Made by a program: the position numbers and the translations under genes | Notes under the pieces: generated by a model | Database searches by the model: none | Told to the model about the DNA's origin: nothing | Seen by the model: only the letters and a program-made list of their open reading frames with translations | Shown: positions 16,464-26,603 of the stretch, one piece after another | How the letters are laid out: each line of letters opens with the position of its first letter | Position numbering within the stretch: position 1 is the first letter of the stretch | DNA from: a virus | Lineage: Duplodnaviria; Caudoviricetes | Length of the DNA: 61,489 nucleotides | Strand: one strand, 5' to 3' | Virus record (IMG/VR): IMGVR_UViG_3300042567_000475 | Coordinates: 1 to 61,489 of that record

Positions 16464-18248
16464 CTATAGTAATTTGAAGCCTCTTAGATATTCTTCTATC
16501 TCTTCTGTCATTTTAGGTTTAGCTTGTTCCTCTACCAGATCTCTATTTCTATCTGCTTTAAAGGAAGACCATGTGTGAATCTCTACATCTCCAATAGTTT
16601 CTCTTCTTGTCTTGCTGATTGCATTGTATACTGAACCACACATGGCATCAGCTAAGTCCTTAGACTTCTTTCTTGGGTGATCAACTCTATTGTTTGGCAT
16701 GATTCTTAATTCTAATAACTCATCTAGTAAGATATCGATATGTGGCGCAGCAACTCTTTCTTCATAAAAAAGCATTGCCAAGTCTTCATAATGTTTTTTT
16801 GCAACAGATAAAGTTTCTGTATTTATGCTGACCTGTTTTAACTCTTGTTGAATATCAAATGATTGCCAGCGGTCAAAGGTGACCATACCTAAATTAAATC
16901 CATTTCTTTTAAGATTAATAATCCAGTTCTTTACCTCTGAAAGATCTACTGGACCTTCTCTTTTTGGTTCCCACCAAGCTATAGCATCCACCACAACGAA
17001 TGGAACTACCTGTGTGTAGTCATTGAACGACTGGACTTCTACCCATCTTTCAACATGACTGATTGCAACCGCACACTTATCATGCTTCTGTGCAAGGTCT
17101 GCATGGACATAGTAAATGGTATCTGGATTGGGTTTAAAGTTTAAATCAAATCTTCTATTTTGATCTAAAGGATTACGAATAGACAATGATCTTTCTATCT
17201 TCTCTCTAGACTTAAAAAAAGAATCTGTACTGTTTCCTGGCATACATGCAAATCGCATTAGGGCATCAGACGGTTCCTTATAGAAGGCAATCTTAAAGTC
17301 TTCAATATTTCTTGTGGGATTTATTTCCCATGTGGGTCTCTTTAATGCAAACACCCGTGGGTATTTATAGGAAATTATATTATCTTCTTCCCACTCAATT
17401 TCAAAGGTATTTCCTGGAGAGTCCTCTGGTAAGTCTTCATTAAGAATAAACTTATGGCTTCTTATAATAGTTTCTTTTTCTGCAATAGCATCTTCATATG
17501 CATTGCTAATAAAGTCTCCCTTAAATCTAGGAAAGGAAAGAAGAACAACTTTTCCGTAGTCAGGGAATCGTGAATCAACTGAACCACGAAAAGCTTTGTA
17601 AATGTTGTCAGCGGTTTTTGCTTGATCATTTGATGCCGCCGCTGACTGCATAGCGAATCCTGAAATCTCGTCAAGGATAGCCATGAACAGGTTCAAACCT
17701 TCGTGAGACTCTCGTTCTGAATGTCCTGAGTAAACAGTGATAGATTTATCAAACTTAATTGAACCAACTTTTGTATCAAATTTTCCTGCAAACCAGGGAG
17801 AGTTTGCAATCTTCTTTACAAAGTTATCAAAGAATACATTCTTTGCTTGCTCAGCATTGATAGCAATGTTAATAAGGTCAATAGAGTCATCTGGTGGCTT
17901 GCCATAATACATGGCAGGATCTTTAAGAGATAGCAATTTATAAACTACATAGGCTACCCCCACAGTTGCTGTGTGATCTTTTCCGCTACCCTTACCTAGT
18001 TGCTGAATAATCTCAGTCTTAGTATACTTTTTATACTGCTCAGTTCCCTCTTCAAAGCCCATCATCTTTATCAAATCTTCTTTGCGATAGATCTGACTCA
18101 TGCATTCAACAAGTGTGTACTGATACTCTGACAGTGGTGGTAGTCCAAGGAACTGTGGATTAGTAACAAAAGTTTTAACGTCTACTGGTTCTTCATCAAA
18201 GAGGTCATCATCTAACGCATCCATGAAGTCAGAAAAATCAATTGTCAA
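16464..18248 (-). CDS. terL: Terminase large subunit
   Basis: Walker A GKGSGKD, Walker B ILDE, nuclease HADLAQKHD...FDRWQS...DHP...SKDLADA. Confidence 0.9.
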   Translation of the reverse strand: MTIDFSDFMDALDDDLFDEEPVDVKTFVTNPQFLGLPPLSEYQYTLVECMSQIYRKEDLIKMMGFEEGTEQYKKYTKTEIIQQLGKGSGKDHTATVGVAYVVYKLLSLKDPAMYYGKPPDDSIDLINIAINAEQAKNVFFDNFVKKIANSPWFAGKFDTKVGSIKFDKSITVYSGHSERESHEGLNLFMAILDEISGFAMQSAAASNDQAKTADNIYKAFRGSVDSRFPDYGKVVLLSFPRFKGDFISNAYEDAIAEKETIIRSHKFILNEDLPEDSPGNTFEIEWEEDNIISYKYPRVFALKRPTWEINPTRNIEDFKIAFYKEPSDALMRFACMPGNSTDSFFKSREKIERSLSIRNPLDQNRRFDLNFKPNPDTIYYVHADLAQKHDKCAVAISHVERWVEVQSFNDYTQVVPFVVVDAIAWWEPKREGPVDLSEVKNWIINLKRNGFNLGMVTFDRWQSFDIQQELKQVSINTETLSVAKKHYEDLAMLFYEERVAAPHIDILLDELLELRIMPNNRVDHPRKKSKDLADAMCGSVYNAISKTRRETIGDVEIHTWSSFKADRNRDLVEEQAKPKMTEEIEEYLRGFKLL

Positions 18249-18759
18249 GGATAACTACCTCACTAGATTTTGATGCCTCTGATAGTCTTGACATAATTTC
18301 ATTACGAATCTCTGGGTGGTTCTGTGCAACTTCTTTAAGAATGTTAATAAGAATCTCATGCTTACGTTCCATGGTGGCAAGCTCTTCTGCGATTTCTTTG
18401 TTATCAAGCAGTCCTGCTCTTTGCAGCATATCAATACGCTTTGCCTCAATGTCAGTGATTAGTTTAATTGCGGTGGTCTTAGCACCCAAGTTAGATGTTT
18501 GATCTGCAGAGTCAATAACTTCATACGCCTTACGAATAAGGCTTGAGTAATGCTGATCTGCTCCTGCCAAAGCTTCTCTTGCCCTAGCATGGATAGCCTC
18601 ATTGCTACTAGCCATTTGTCGCCAGTCATTAAGCAATGCATTGACACGGGTTCTTGGAATATCTAATTCCATAGAAATCTGTGCGGTGTCAAGACCTTTT
18701 AAATATTCTGTTGCAACAGCGTTTACTTCATCAAGGTGTTTGATTAGGTCGTTTGACAC
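18238..18759 (-). CDS. Probable terminase small subunit
   Basis: N-terminal HTH plus helical region, directly upstream of and overlapping terL. Confidence 0.6.
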   Translation of the reverse strand: MSNDLIKHLDEVNAVATEYLKGLDTAQISMELDIPRTRVNALLNDWRQMASSNEAIHARAREALAGADQHYSSLIRKAYEVIDSADQTSNLGAKTTAIKLITDIEAKRIDMLQRAGLLDNKEIAEELATMERKHEILINILKEVAQNHPEIRNEIMSRLSEASKSSEVVILDN

Positions 18760-19027
18760 GCTGGCCTCTCTTCTTTGGAATATGCTTTACGCGGTCAGGG
18801 TAAAAAGATCTAAAGGCACAGCTTATGCCTCTTTCTAATTCAATACAATCTACCCAAGAGATTCCATTCTTTGGGTTAGTGACATAGTTGAGAAACTTAA
18901 ACTTAACTCCCCAAATACCCTTGACTTTAATCAAATCGCCTTTTGTTATTTCTTTGCCTTCACTTGTCACAAAAGAGTCTTCTCTGTTAAACGGATCGCT
19001 GATTTCAACTTTCTTCCGTCTTCCCAT
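18731..19027 (-). CDS. Small basic SH3/KOW-like protein
   Basis: GDLIKVKG..G..F...WVDC...RSFYPDRVK. Confidence 0.6.
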   Translation of the reverse strand: MGRRKKVEISDPFNREDSFVTSEGKEITKGDLIKVKGIWGVKFKFLNYVTNPKNGISWVDCIELERGISCAFRSFYPDRVKHIPKKRGQRVKRPNQTP

Positions 19028-19358
19028 TGTCTCTCCTAAGCCTAGTATCTTTACTGTCCACTAATTTTAGCACGAGATAGCCTACCAAGTCAAGGATATC
19101 ATTATCTCCTGCATAAGAAGAACCATTCTTTATTCTATTAAGCTTATCATCGATACGAACATCTATCTGATCACCTGGAGGAATCTTTGCAAAAATTTGT
19201 ATTGGATTTAGGGCTGAGTTTCCATAGGCAATATTCTTTTTAAGTAGCAGGTTTGCAACTTCTACACACTGAAGAAGAAGCTCTGGCCCTGCTGGAGCCT
19301 GCTTACTTAACTCAATAAGCTCTCTCATCAAGCCTATCCATTTTTCATCTTCAATCAT
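19005..19358 (-). CDS. Nucleotide-modification-associated domain 1 (DUF1599-like) protein
   Basis: KKN.AYGNS...RIDDKLNRI...DLVGYLVL. Confidence 0.75.
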   Translation of the reverse strand: MIEDEKWIGLMRELIELSKQAPAGPELLLQCVEVANLLLKKNIAYGNSALNPIQIFAKIPPGDQIDVRIDDKLNRIKNGSSYAGDNDILDLVGYLVLKLVDSKDTRLRRDNGKTEES

Positions 19359-19522
19359 CTTCTACCTTTTCTTCCCATTTTTAATCCGAATTTATTTAGA
19401 TAAAGATACACTGTCTGTACTGTGCATCCACATTCTTTTGCAATCTCTTCTGGACTCTTTTTGTCCTGAACATATCTTTTATGAAGCCAACTTTTGCTTT
19501 TATAAAGGTCATACTTAGGCAT
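19355..19522 (-). CDS. Small HTH DNA-binding protein
   Basis: WL.KRY...SPEEIAKECGCTVQTVYLYLNKFG; start moved to ATG 19522. Confidence 0.75.
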   Translation of the reverse strand: MPKYDLYKSKSWLHKRYVQDKKSPEEIAKECGCTVQTVYLYLNKFGLKMGRKGRR

Positions 19523-20108
19523 TGTATAGCATGTTCCATCTGTCGGACACATACCATCCCACACCAATTGCATCAGCAACATCGTCATCCGTAATCTTCA
19601 CCTTAAAGTTTTTGTTTACAGAGTCGATAGTTCTTTGCTTTCTTGTCTTTCTTTCTTCGCCTTTATACCAAGACTTTGACTTGCCTGGATTCTTTCTAAC
19701 TATCTCCTGCTTTTCTGATATTGATAAAAGCTTTGTTCCTATATAATTTTGCCATTGCATAGGAGTGATAGTCTTAATGTTTTTAATCCCCGCTACTTGT
19801 GCTGCTCCAAGGATCGCTCCCTGCACAAGAGACAGTTGCATTGCCGTCTTTGGGCTATTGCTATAAATAGCAGACTCAATGACAAGCGCATCTGCATTAA
19901 CCATCTTAAAAAGCTGTATCGCTTTTTTACAGGCATCCCCTGATTTATAGAGAGCATCTGTACCATTAAATCTAATCTTGCCATACTTAACCAACTTTCC
20001 GTTTGTAAAATAAGAAAAGGCAAGAGAGTTTGTTGATGCATCCACAGCAATGATTGTTTGTGGTTTTATGTTGTCTTCAAGAGCCTGTCTAATTTTGTTC
20101 GTAGTCAA
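19515..20108 (-). CDS. ruvC: RuvC-like Holliday junction resolvase
   Basis: IAVDAST...VIE...QGAI...P.QW...DDDVADAIG. Confidence 0.85.
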   Translation of the reverse strand: MTTNKIRQALEDNIKPQTIIAVDASTNSLAFSYFTNGKLVKYGKIRFNGTDALYKSGDACKKAIQLFKMVNADALVIESAIYSNSPKTAMQLSLVQGAILGAAQVAGIKNIKTITPMQWQNYIGTKLLSISEKQEIVRKNPGKSKSWYKGEERKTRKQRTIDSVNKNFKVKITDDDVADAIGVGWYVSDRWNMLYNA

Positions 20109-20400
20109 AGTAATTCTTTAGCTCCCTCATAAAAATTTTCATTTTTGATTGGTGTACCAAGCAGTTGTCACAGATGCCTGAATCATTGTAAATGCTTAGG
20201 AGGGTATTACACCCTCCTCCACACTTCTTTTCTTTTCCCTTGCGATTTTTTCTTTTTTGAAGATGATATCTTTCTAGGATCTTTTCCTTGCTTGCTTCCT
20301 GCCTGCATTCAGAGTTGCAATAAATTTGTTTTGTTGTGTTTGGCGAGAACTGTTTATCGCACCACTTGCAGTAAAGCATTTTAGAAGAGTCCTTTCTCAT
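20089..20400 (-). CDS. Zinc-finger protein
   Basis: CKWC...YCNSEC...C...C...CDNC. Confidence 0.75.
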   Translation of the reverse strand: MRKDSSKMLYCKWCDKQFSPNTTKQIYCNSECRQEASKEKILERYHLQKRKNRKGKEKKCGGGCNTLLSIYNDSGICDNCLVHQSKMKIFMRELKNYFDYEQN

Positions 20401-21241
20401 CCTTTCGACGCGCTATCTTGATATCTCCGACAGGTGCATCCTTACACGCCTGCTGTATGGGACAGTTTTGACATATTTTTATGTCATTGCTTCTAAAGGG
20501 AACCTCTGGAAGCTTTCTGTCTTTCCATGCAGCATGAACATCTCTCATCCAATCAAACAGATAATCAACAAAATCTACATGATTTTGAGTAATGTTCACT
20601 GGTACTGCTAGTAGTTCATGAGTATTTTTATTCTCATATAATATTATACCGTTTTTCTTCTTATAGATTTTCATATAAATTAGAAGCTGCACGATATGAT
20701 ATGTACTAGCCTTCTTAGATCTCTTATGCCTATCAAAAGAATCATGGTTGGTTGTCTTAATTTCCACCACATACTCTGTATTATTCCAATTGATAAAACT
20801 ATCTGTGTAACCAAAGATAGGTGGGTCCTCATTAATTGTCTTTCTTTCGTTATCAATTAAGATACCAGAATCTTCTAATGCTTTTTGAATACGAGCGTGC
20901 CTATCTGAACCACTATCCATGTTAGTGATAACCTTGCCACTCTTGTACTCATAAAATTCTGCACCATCAAATGCTAGATACCAATACCTTGGGCATACGC
21001 CATGATTCCACACCAATGTTGATGGAGCGAAAGTTTTCTTCTGCATGTGCTTTGGAACATTGTCTTTACGATAGCCTTCTTCTATGGCCTCAACAAGTCC
21101 AGAAAGGGGGCCAGAGTCCTGGAACTCTGACTCGTCTTGCATCTCTGTTTGCCACGCAGTTTCTAACTCTTCAAACTTTTCCACATCCTTTAGCACACTC
21201 TTGCTCTTTTTTAGAATCTTACTTACAATTGTTTTAGCCAT
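20381..21241 (-). CDS. Cas4-like PD-(D/E)XK exonuclease
   Basis: PS...CPR...H...GYTD...EIKT...QL.IY...CQNCP....C. Confidence 0.85.
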   Translation of the reverse strand: MAKTIVSKILKKSKSVLKDVEKFEELETAWQTEMQDESEFQDSGPLSGLVEAIEEGYRKDNVPKHMQKKTFAPSTLVWNHGVCPRYWYLAFDGAEFYEYKSGKVITNMDSGSDRHARIQKALEDSGILIDNERKTINEDPPIFGYTDSFINWNNTEYVVEIKTTNHDSFDRHKRSKKASTYHIVQLLIYMKIYKKKNGIILYENKNTHELLAVPVNITQNHVDFVDYLFDWMRDVHAAWKDRKLPEVPFRSNDIKICQNCPIQQACKDAPVGDIKIARRKDEKGLF

Positions 21242-21242
21242 G

Positions 21243-21548
21243 TCACACCTTCACTAGATATTTTAGAGATGCAACAATCTTATCAAGTTCTGCTGCAGTT
21301 GTGTAATAGATATTTTTCTTTGCTGTATTTCCTTTTTCTACGTTAGTCATCCACCTGGCTTGCAAAGCTAGTTTTGCTGCAATTGCTTGCATACGAACAA
21401 TTTCTACAGATGCAACGGCAAGGGGAATGTCTGGCTTTAGAATTAGCTTGGTTATAAACTCTAGTGCTTTAGTAAGTTCTTCATCTTCCATGAACTCTGC
21501 AATATTATATAAATCATTAATCTCTTGTAGCGTACTCTTATCCGTCAC
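21243..21548 (-). CDS. Conserved helical hypothetical protein
   Basis: 101 aa, coupled to neighbours. Confidence 0.7.
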   Translation of the reverse strand: MTDKSTLQEINDLYNIAEFMEDEELTKALEFITKLILKPDIPLAVASVEIVRMQAIAAKLALQARWMTNVEKGNTAKKNIYYTTAAELDKIVASLKYLVKV

Positions 21549-21843
21549 TTTTCTCTCTTATCTCTCGTAGTTCTTCGAATTCATTCCACTCAATTATAGC
21601 AAGTCTTGTCTTGTGTGTGTCTCCAAGAACAATCATGAGGACTGGTGACTTTTCTGGATCTGTCTTTAATGTGTCTGTACATATCTTTGCCCATACATCA
21701 CGATTTATAGAAAATGATTTAGAGTATTCCTTTACATCAACTATGTACCTGTCAAGGCTTCCGTCAGCTTTTTGTATCTTTCCCCTACCAGAGTTCTTGT
21801 GTGGGGTCGCACCTATTCTTCTAAGTTCAGCACGCTCGCTCAT
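21538..21843 (-). CDS. Small PD-(D/E)XK nuclease / Hjc-like resolvase
   Basis: E...NSGRG..KADG...VDVKE. Confidence 0.7.
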   Translation of the reverse strand: MSERAELRRIGATPHKNSGRGKIQKADGSLDRYIVDVKEYSKSFSINRDVWAKICTDTLKTDPEKSPVLMIVLGDTHKTRLAIIEWNEFEELREIREKSDG

Positions 21844-22052
21844 TAGTAACCCCTGTCTCTTTTTATGTTGACGGTAGAGACAGTATCACAGTCTTTACAC
21901 TTCCATGTAATATCAAGAACGGCTGGGTAGAATCTTGCTGTTGATATTTTTTGCTGACAACTTTGACAAGAAAATTCTCCATGCATCACTTCATACTTAG
22001 AGTAGCTTGACAAGTTCTTCTGCTTTCTCTGGGTTCTCCCTAAGCCACTCAA
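21843..22052 (-). CDS. Zinc-ribbon protein (start uncertain)
   Basis: CQSC...WKCKDC. Confidence 0.65.
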   Translation of the reverse strand: MSGLGRTQRKQKNLSSYSKYEVMHGEFSCQSCQQKISTARFYPAVLDITWKCKDCDTVSTVNIKRDRGY

Positions 22053-23004
22053 TCACCTTTGCACGCCCCTGGAACCTCTCTCCAAGGACGGTATACCATG
22101 CTCCACCCTTTTCAACCTTACCAAGTTGCTCTGCAACGTCTAGGACTTCTGCAATATTGTCCACGCCAATATTATCGCCGTCAAAGTAGAAATCATACTG
22201 ACCGCTGATAAAAGCGGGTCCAGTCTTATTGAAGTCCACATTCCATGTAACACTTCTTCCAATTTTCTTTTCAATTAATTTATCTCCTGTTGCTATCTTG
22301 TCTTTGATTGCTTGGTTTTCTGATTCACTAGACCAAAGTTTTACAATGGTGCTAGAGAAAAACTTAACAGCGTGACCACCAGTTGGAGCGTGGCTGACAT
22401 ACATAGCCCCAATTTGATTTCTTTGTTGAGATATAAGAATCAAAAGGGTTTGCTTTGTCTGGTTGTTTGCATAGTTAAGCATCTTCACGGCATTAGTCAT
22501 GTCTCGTGCTTCTGCACCAATTTGCTTTGTGTTCTCAAGTTGCTTTAGTTCTGAGCTATCCTTTTCAAAGTAGATTGCTGGAAGAAGGGCAGAGATAGAA
22601 TCTACAACAATTATGTCTGCTCCTGCTGACATAAGCTGTGTAGCAACATCTACCATATCATTGACAGTTCTGGCCTGAGAGTAGATTAATTTCTCTGGAT
22701 CTGCCCCCAGCTTCTTTGCCCAGTCTGGATCAAACGATTGTTCTGCATCTATCCAAGCACAGATCTTTCCTTCTTTCTGAGCCTCACCAATCATCTGTAA
22801 ACAAAAGGATGATTTTCCTGCTGACTTGTTTCCCCAGATAAGTATTTGACGACCATATGCAAGACCACCTTTTAGTGCATTGTTTAGTCCAATGCTTGGA
22901 GTCTTTTGCTTATGTACTTCAATTCCTGATGCTGATGTAATTTTCTTTCTAAGCTTTGGATCTAACTGAGAAAGAACTGATTCCATATTAATAGTATCTG
23001 ACAT
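21997..23004 (-). CDS. recA: RecA/UvsX-like recombinase
   Basis: GNKSAGKS, WIDAE, VVDSISAL, IGAEAR, GGHAVKF, KGGAWY, FQG. Confidence 0.95.
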   Translation of the reverse strand: MSDTINMESVLSQLDPKLRKKITSASGIEVHKQKTPSIGLNNALKGGLAYGRQILIWGNKSAGKSSFCLQMIGEAQKEGKICAWIDAEQSFDPDWAKKLGADPEKLIYSQARTVNDMVDVATQLMSAGADIIVVDSISALLPAIYFEKDSSELKQLENTKQIGAEARDMTNAVKMLNYANNQTKQTLLILISQQRNQIGAMYVSHAPTGGHAVKFFSSTIVKLWSSESENQAIKDKIATGDKLIEKKIGRSVTWNVDFNKTGPAFISGQYDFYFDGDNIGVDNIAEVLDVAEQLGKVEKGGAWYTVLGERFQGRAKVIEWLRENPEKAEELVKLL

Positions 23005-23330
23005 TATGCCAGTACCCCATGCATTCTTTCTCTTTCTGTATTATATTTTACTTTTTCAACTAAAGACTCTTCGATGGATTTGTTAGTATAACCATCACGA
23101 ACAAGTCCAGCCCATAAATCTAGGGTACGAATTATAATGTCTGACAACTCTTTGACTACACTATCGCCACCCTCCTCTTTACGCATTGCTTCTAAGACCT
23201 CTGTGGCCTCTGAATGAATCATTGCAATCTGCTTCATATAAAAGATCAGACCGTTATTTGCTTCCCAGAAGCCTTTGTCAATAGCATTGCTATGAATCTC
23301 AAATGCTAACTCATCTATACCGTATGTCAT
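23004..23330 (-). CDS. MazG-like NTP pyrophosphohydrolase
   Basis: KGFW...HSEATEVLEA.RK...ELSDIIIR.LD...K..YN..R. Confidence 0.85.
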   Translation of the reverse strand: MTYGIDELAFEIHSNAIDKGFWEANNGLIFYMKQIAMIHSEATEVLEAMRKEEGGDSVVKELSDIIIRTLDLWAGLVRDGYTNKSIEESLVEKVKYNTERERMHGVLA

Positions 23331-26300
23331 TTACTTATCTCCTTTACTGTTATCGTTCCATCTTTAAGTTCGTTCATTAAAAGCTTTTGAATACTTCCTG
23401 GTTCGCATTTCATGTAGGCTTCAGCAAACATAGTCGGAAAGACAACGACAGGAATTAGATTACGATCATAATCTGCAAGAACCATATGAGCCATTCTCTT
23501 TCCTGCTTTTGTTACTCTAGGGTTAAAAGATAGCACAAAATACTCATTTTGTCCATATGGCAAGGTCTTGTAGTTTAAGAACTTTGTCAATGGTGACTTT
23601 ACTTTATCAGCATCTTCTACCTGTAAAAAATCTGCTATTCGATTACTTGCTGAAAGAATTATGTATGTCTTTCCTACTTCTATTTTGCTATCTTCTTCAT
23701 CAAAGATTCCTACCATACCCGTCTTGTCCATAAACTCTACACGACACCACCCCTTGCCACGCTTTATCTTTTTAGCCATTCCCATAACAATATGACTCTT
23801 GGACTCATCATAGTCTTCAGTGTTGTCAATATATGCATAGTAATGGGAGGGAATGTTCATAGAGAACTCTGGAAGGTTTAAGTATTCGTAGAGGTTATCC
23901 CTAACAGTATCCTCATTTCGTGGATGATCTGGAAAGGTTAGTGCTCCAATTGCATCCAAAGCTTCTATTGCCCTTGAGTTTATTCCGCTACCCTTTTTAA
24001 AAGCAATATCTCTTACTTCTTGGTAGGAGTTAAATGGCCTATTAGCCATAATCTTTGAAGCAACTCCATCAGATATCCACTTGATTGCTGACAAACCAAA
24101 CCTAATACCTTTGCCTTCTATCTTAAAGTCTATATCAGATTCATTAATGTGAGGAAGCTTTAAGCTAATATTCATACGCTTTGCCTCAATAAGATACTCT
24201 GTTCTAGCATCCTTATCCTTCTCATTCTTAAGAATTGCAAACATAAACTCTGTAGGATAATAAAACTTTAGCCACGCTGTCCAATAGGAAAGCATTGAAT
24301 AGGCTACGGCGTGAGACTTGTTAAAAGAATATCCTGCGTGAGCCTCAAAGTCATGCCATAGATTTTGTGCTTGGAATGGACTTATATATGCTGATGCATT
24401 AGAGACAAACTTATCTTTAAACTGATCAAACTCTGTTGCATCCTTTTTCTTTCCAATAATCTTTCGAACCTTGTCTGCTTCTACCATTGTCATTCCACCA
24501 AGAGTTGTGCAAGCCTGCATGACCTGCTCCTGATAAAGAACGCAGCCATATGTATCTTTAAGGTGTTGATTCATTAGTGGATGAATATATTCTATGGTAT
24601 TCTTTCCATGCTTGCGAGCCATATACTCTTTACCAATGGTATTCATTGCACCTGGCCTAACCAGTGCGTTTGATGCTACTAACTCCTCAAATGTTCTGAC
24701 ACCCATCTTAACAATAAGATTTGTATATGGCGTTGCCTCACATTGAAAGACTCCCTTTGTGTGACCATCTGAAAGCATTTGATAAACATGCTTATCCTTC
24801 ATGTCAAGTTCTTTTAGATTTATATCTAATCCATAACGAGACTTGATACTGTTTAGCGTATCATTGATTACTGTTAGTGTCTTTAGACCAAGTGCATCAA
24901 TTTTAATTAGACCGATATCGGCTGCCTCTTCCATGTCAATTCCAACAACAGGGATGCGCTCCTTAGTGGAAGGGCTTATTCTAGTTTCAAGTGGAGCGTA
25001 ATTAAAAATTGGTTCCTTGGCTGTAACGATTCCAGCAGCATGAATGCCTGTTCCACGAATTCGACCTCTTAGTTGTTCGCCATACTTTTCAACCTCTGGG
25101 TACTTATCACGGAACCACTTAGTTGATGATGATCGACAGTAGTCTTCCCATGTATCAACAAGCTTAAGTACTTTATTAACATCTGGAAGAGGAACGTTAA
25201 GGATACGAGAAACGTCACGAACTACACCCTTGTCCTTAAACTGCAAGAATGTTGCAATAGATGCGACATGCTTATATTCCTTCTCAAGGTACTCTTTTAC
25301 CTCGTCACGCCGTGAATCCTGAATGTCTGTGTCAATATCTGGAAAGTCATTTCTATCTGGGTTAATGAATCGGAAGAACAGTAGGCCGTGTTCAATTGGA
25401 TCAACCTCTGTAATTTCAAGAGCATAGCAGACAAGAGATCCTGCTGCAGAACCACGACCTGGACCAATGAGAATACCCTGACTCTTTGCCCACGCAATCA
25501 TATTGTGAACCACAAGGAAGTATGGAGCAAAGTCTTTATCTTGAATAACTTCTAACTCTTCTTTGATACGATCAAGGTATTCTTCTTTTTTGTCTAAGCC
25601 TCTAAGCTTTAGACCAGCCATTACTAGGCTACGCAATTCTTTTTGAGGATGATCTACCTTTATTGGTAGAAGGTTTAGGTTGCTTTTAATTTCATATTCT
25701 TCTACCTTGTCTGCAATCTCAAGGGTATTGGTATAGATACTTTCATCTGTGACACCCTCTGCATCCATAGCACTCTTCATTTCATCATAAGAAAGAAGGT
25801 GGATATCAAATGATCTAAAGCTCATCATTCTATCTGCACCATATAGATAGTCAAGTCTTTCCATCATGTCTTTGTATGATGTTGACTTCTCATATGAAAC
25901 GTCTTTTTGAAGCTTTGCATGTGTATTAAGAGCCAGCATCATCTCTTGCACTACCTTCTGATCTGGTGTGCAATGATGACAGTCTGGAGTAGTTATGCAC
26001 TTTGCTCCTGCTTCTTGAGCAAGATTATAAAGCTCCATATTCATGCCAGCAACATTGTGTGGCATAAGTTCTACATAAAAATCATCTTCAAATCTATCTT
26101 TAAACCATTTAATGTGTTGCTTTGCTACTGCATACTCGTCTAACTCAATAGCTTTATTGATGAGACCAGACATGCAGGCAGTGGATACTATAAGACCTTC
26201 GCCATACTTATCAAGAACTTCAAAGTCTATGCGTGGTTTCCTATAGAATCCCTCTGTCCAGCCTATCTCGTTCAGCTTGTTCAAGTTCTGTAAACCAATT

Positions 26301-26599
26301 TGATTCTTGGCAAGGATTACAATATGATTATAGATAAGGTCAAGGGGGTTTTCCCTTTCATTCTTATCTCGTTTATCAAATCTATCAGCGGTAATATAAC
26401 CTTCGATACCAAGGATTGGCTTTATACCCTGCTCTTTTGCAGCACGATACATAGGTCTGTGACCAGACAGCACCCCATGGTCTGTAATTGCAATGGCAGG
26501 CATCTCTAGAGTTTTTGCACGAAATGCATACTCCTCTGGAGTTGATACACCATCCATTAGACTAAAATGGGAATGAACATGAAGCGGAACGTAATTCAA
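23327..26599 (-). CDS. dnaE: DNA polymerase III alpha subunit
   Basis: PHP LHVHS.FS..DG, AITDHG; GRGSAAGSL, PDIDTD, HAAG, KID.LGL, GVFQ, YSFNKSHA; TTG at 26599 follows the SSB stop; no intein. Confidence 0.96.
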   Translation of the reverse strand: MNYVPLHVHSHFSLMDGVSTPEEYAFRAKTLEMPAIAITDHGVLSGHRPMYRAAKEQGIKPILGIEGYITADRFDKRDKNERENPLDLIYNHIVILAKNQIGLQNLNKLNEIGWTEGFYRKPRIDFEVLDKYGEGLIVSTACMSGLINKAIELDEYAVAKQHIKWFKDRFEDDFYVELMPHNVAGMNMELYNLAQEAGAKCITTPDCHHCTPDQKVVQEMMLALNTHAKLQKDVSYEKSTSYKDMMERLDYLYGADRMMSFRSFDIHLLSYDEMKSAMDAEGVTDESIYTNTLEIADKVEEYEIKSNLNLLPIKVDHPQKELRSLVMAGLKLRGLDKKEEYLDRIKEELEVIQDKDFAPYFLVVHNMIAWAKSQGILIGPGRGSAAGSLVCYALEITEVDPIEHGLLFFRFINPDRNDFPDIDTDIQDSRRDEVKEYLEKEYKHVASIATFLQFKDKGVVRDVSRILNVPLPDVNKVLKLVDTWEDYCRSSSTKWFRDKYPEVEKYGEQLRGRIRGTGIHAAGIVTAKEPIFNYAPLETRISPSTKERIPVVGIDMEEAADIGLIKIDALGLKTLTVINDTLNSIKSRYGLDINLKELDMKDKHVYQMLSDGHTKGVFQCEATPYTNLIVKMGVRTFEELVASNALVRPGAMNTIGKEYMARKHGKNTIEYIHPLMNQHLKDTYGCVLYQEQVMQACTTLGGMTMVEADKVRKIIGKKKDATEFDQFKDKFVSNASAYISPFQAQNLWHDFEAHAGYSFNKSHAVAYSMLSYWTAWLKFYYPTEFMFAILKNEKDKDARTEYLIEAKRMNISLKLPHINESDIDFKIEGKGIRFGLSAIKWISDGVASKIMANRPFNSYQEVRDIAFKKGSGINSRAIEALDAIGALTFPDHPRNEDTVRDNLYEYLNLPEFSMNIPSHYYAYIDNTEDYDESKSHIVMGMAKKIKRGKGWCRVEFMDKTGMVGIFDEEDSKIEVGKTYIILSASNRIADFLQVEDADKVKSPLTKFLNYKTLPYGQNEYFVLSFNPRVTKAGKRMAHMVLADYDRNLIPVVVFPTMFAEAYMKCEPGSIQKLLMNELKDGTITVKEISK

Positions 26600-26603
26600 G
26601 TTA

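Noticed and set aside
20381-21241. CRISPR-Cas system suggested by the Cas4-like gene
   Set aside because: No repeat-spacer array or other cas genes; solo Cas4-like nucleases are common in phage recombination blocks
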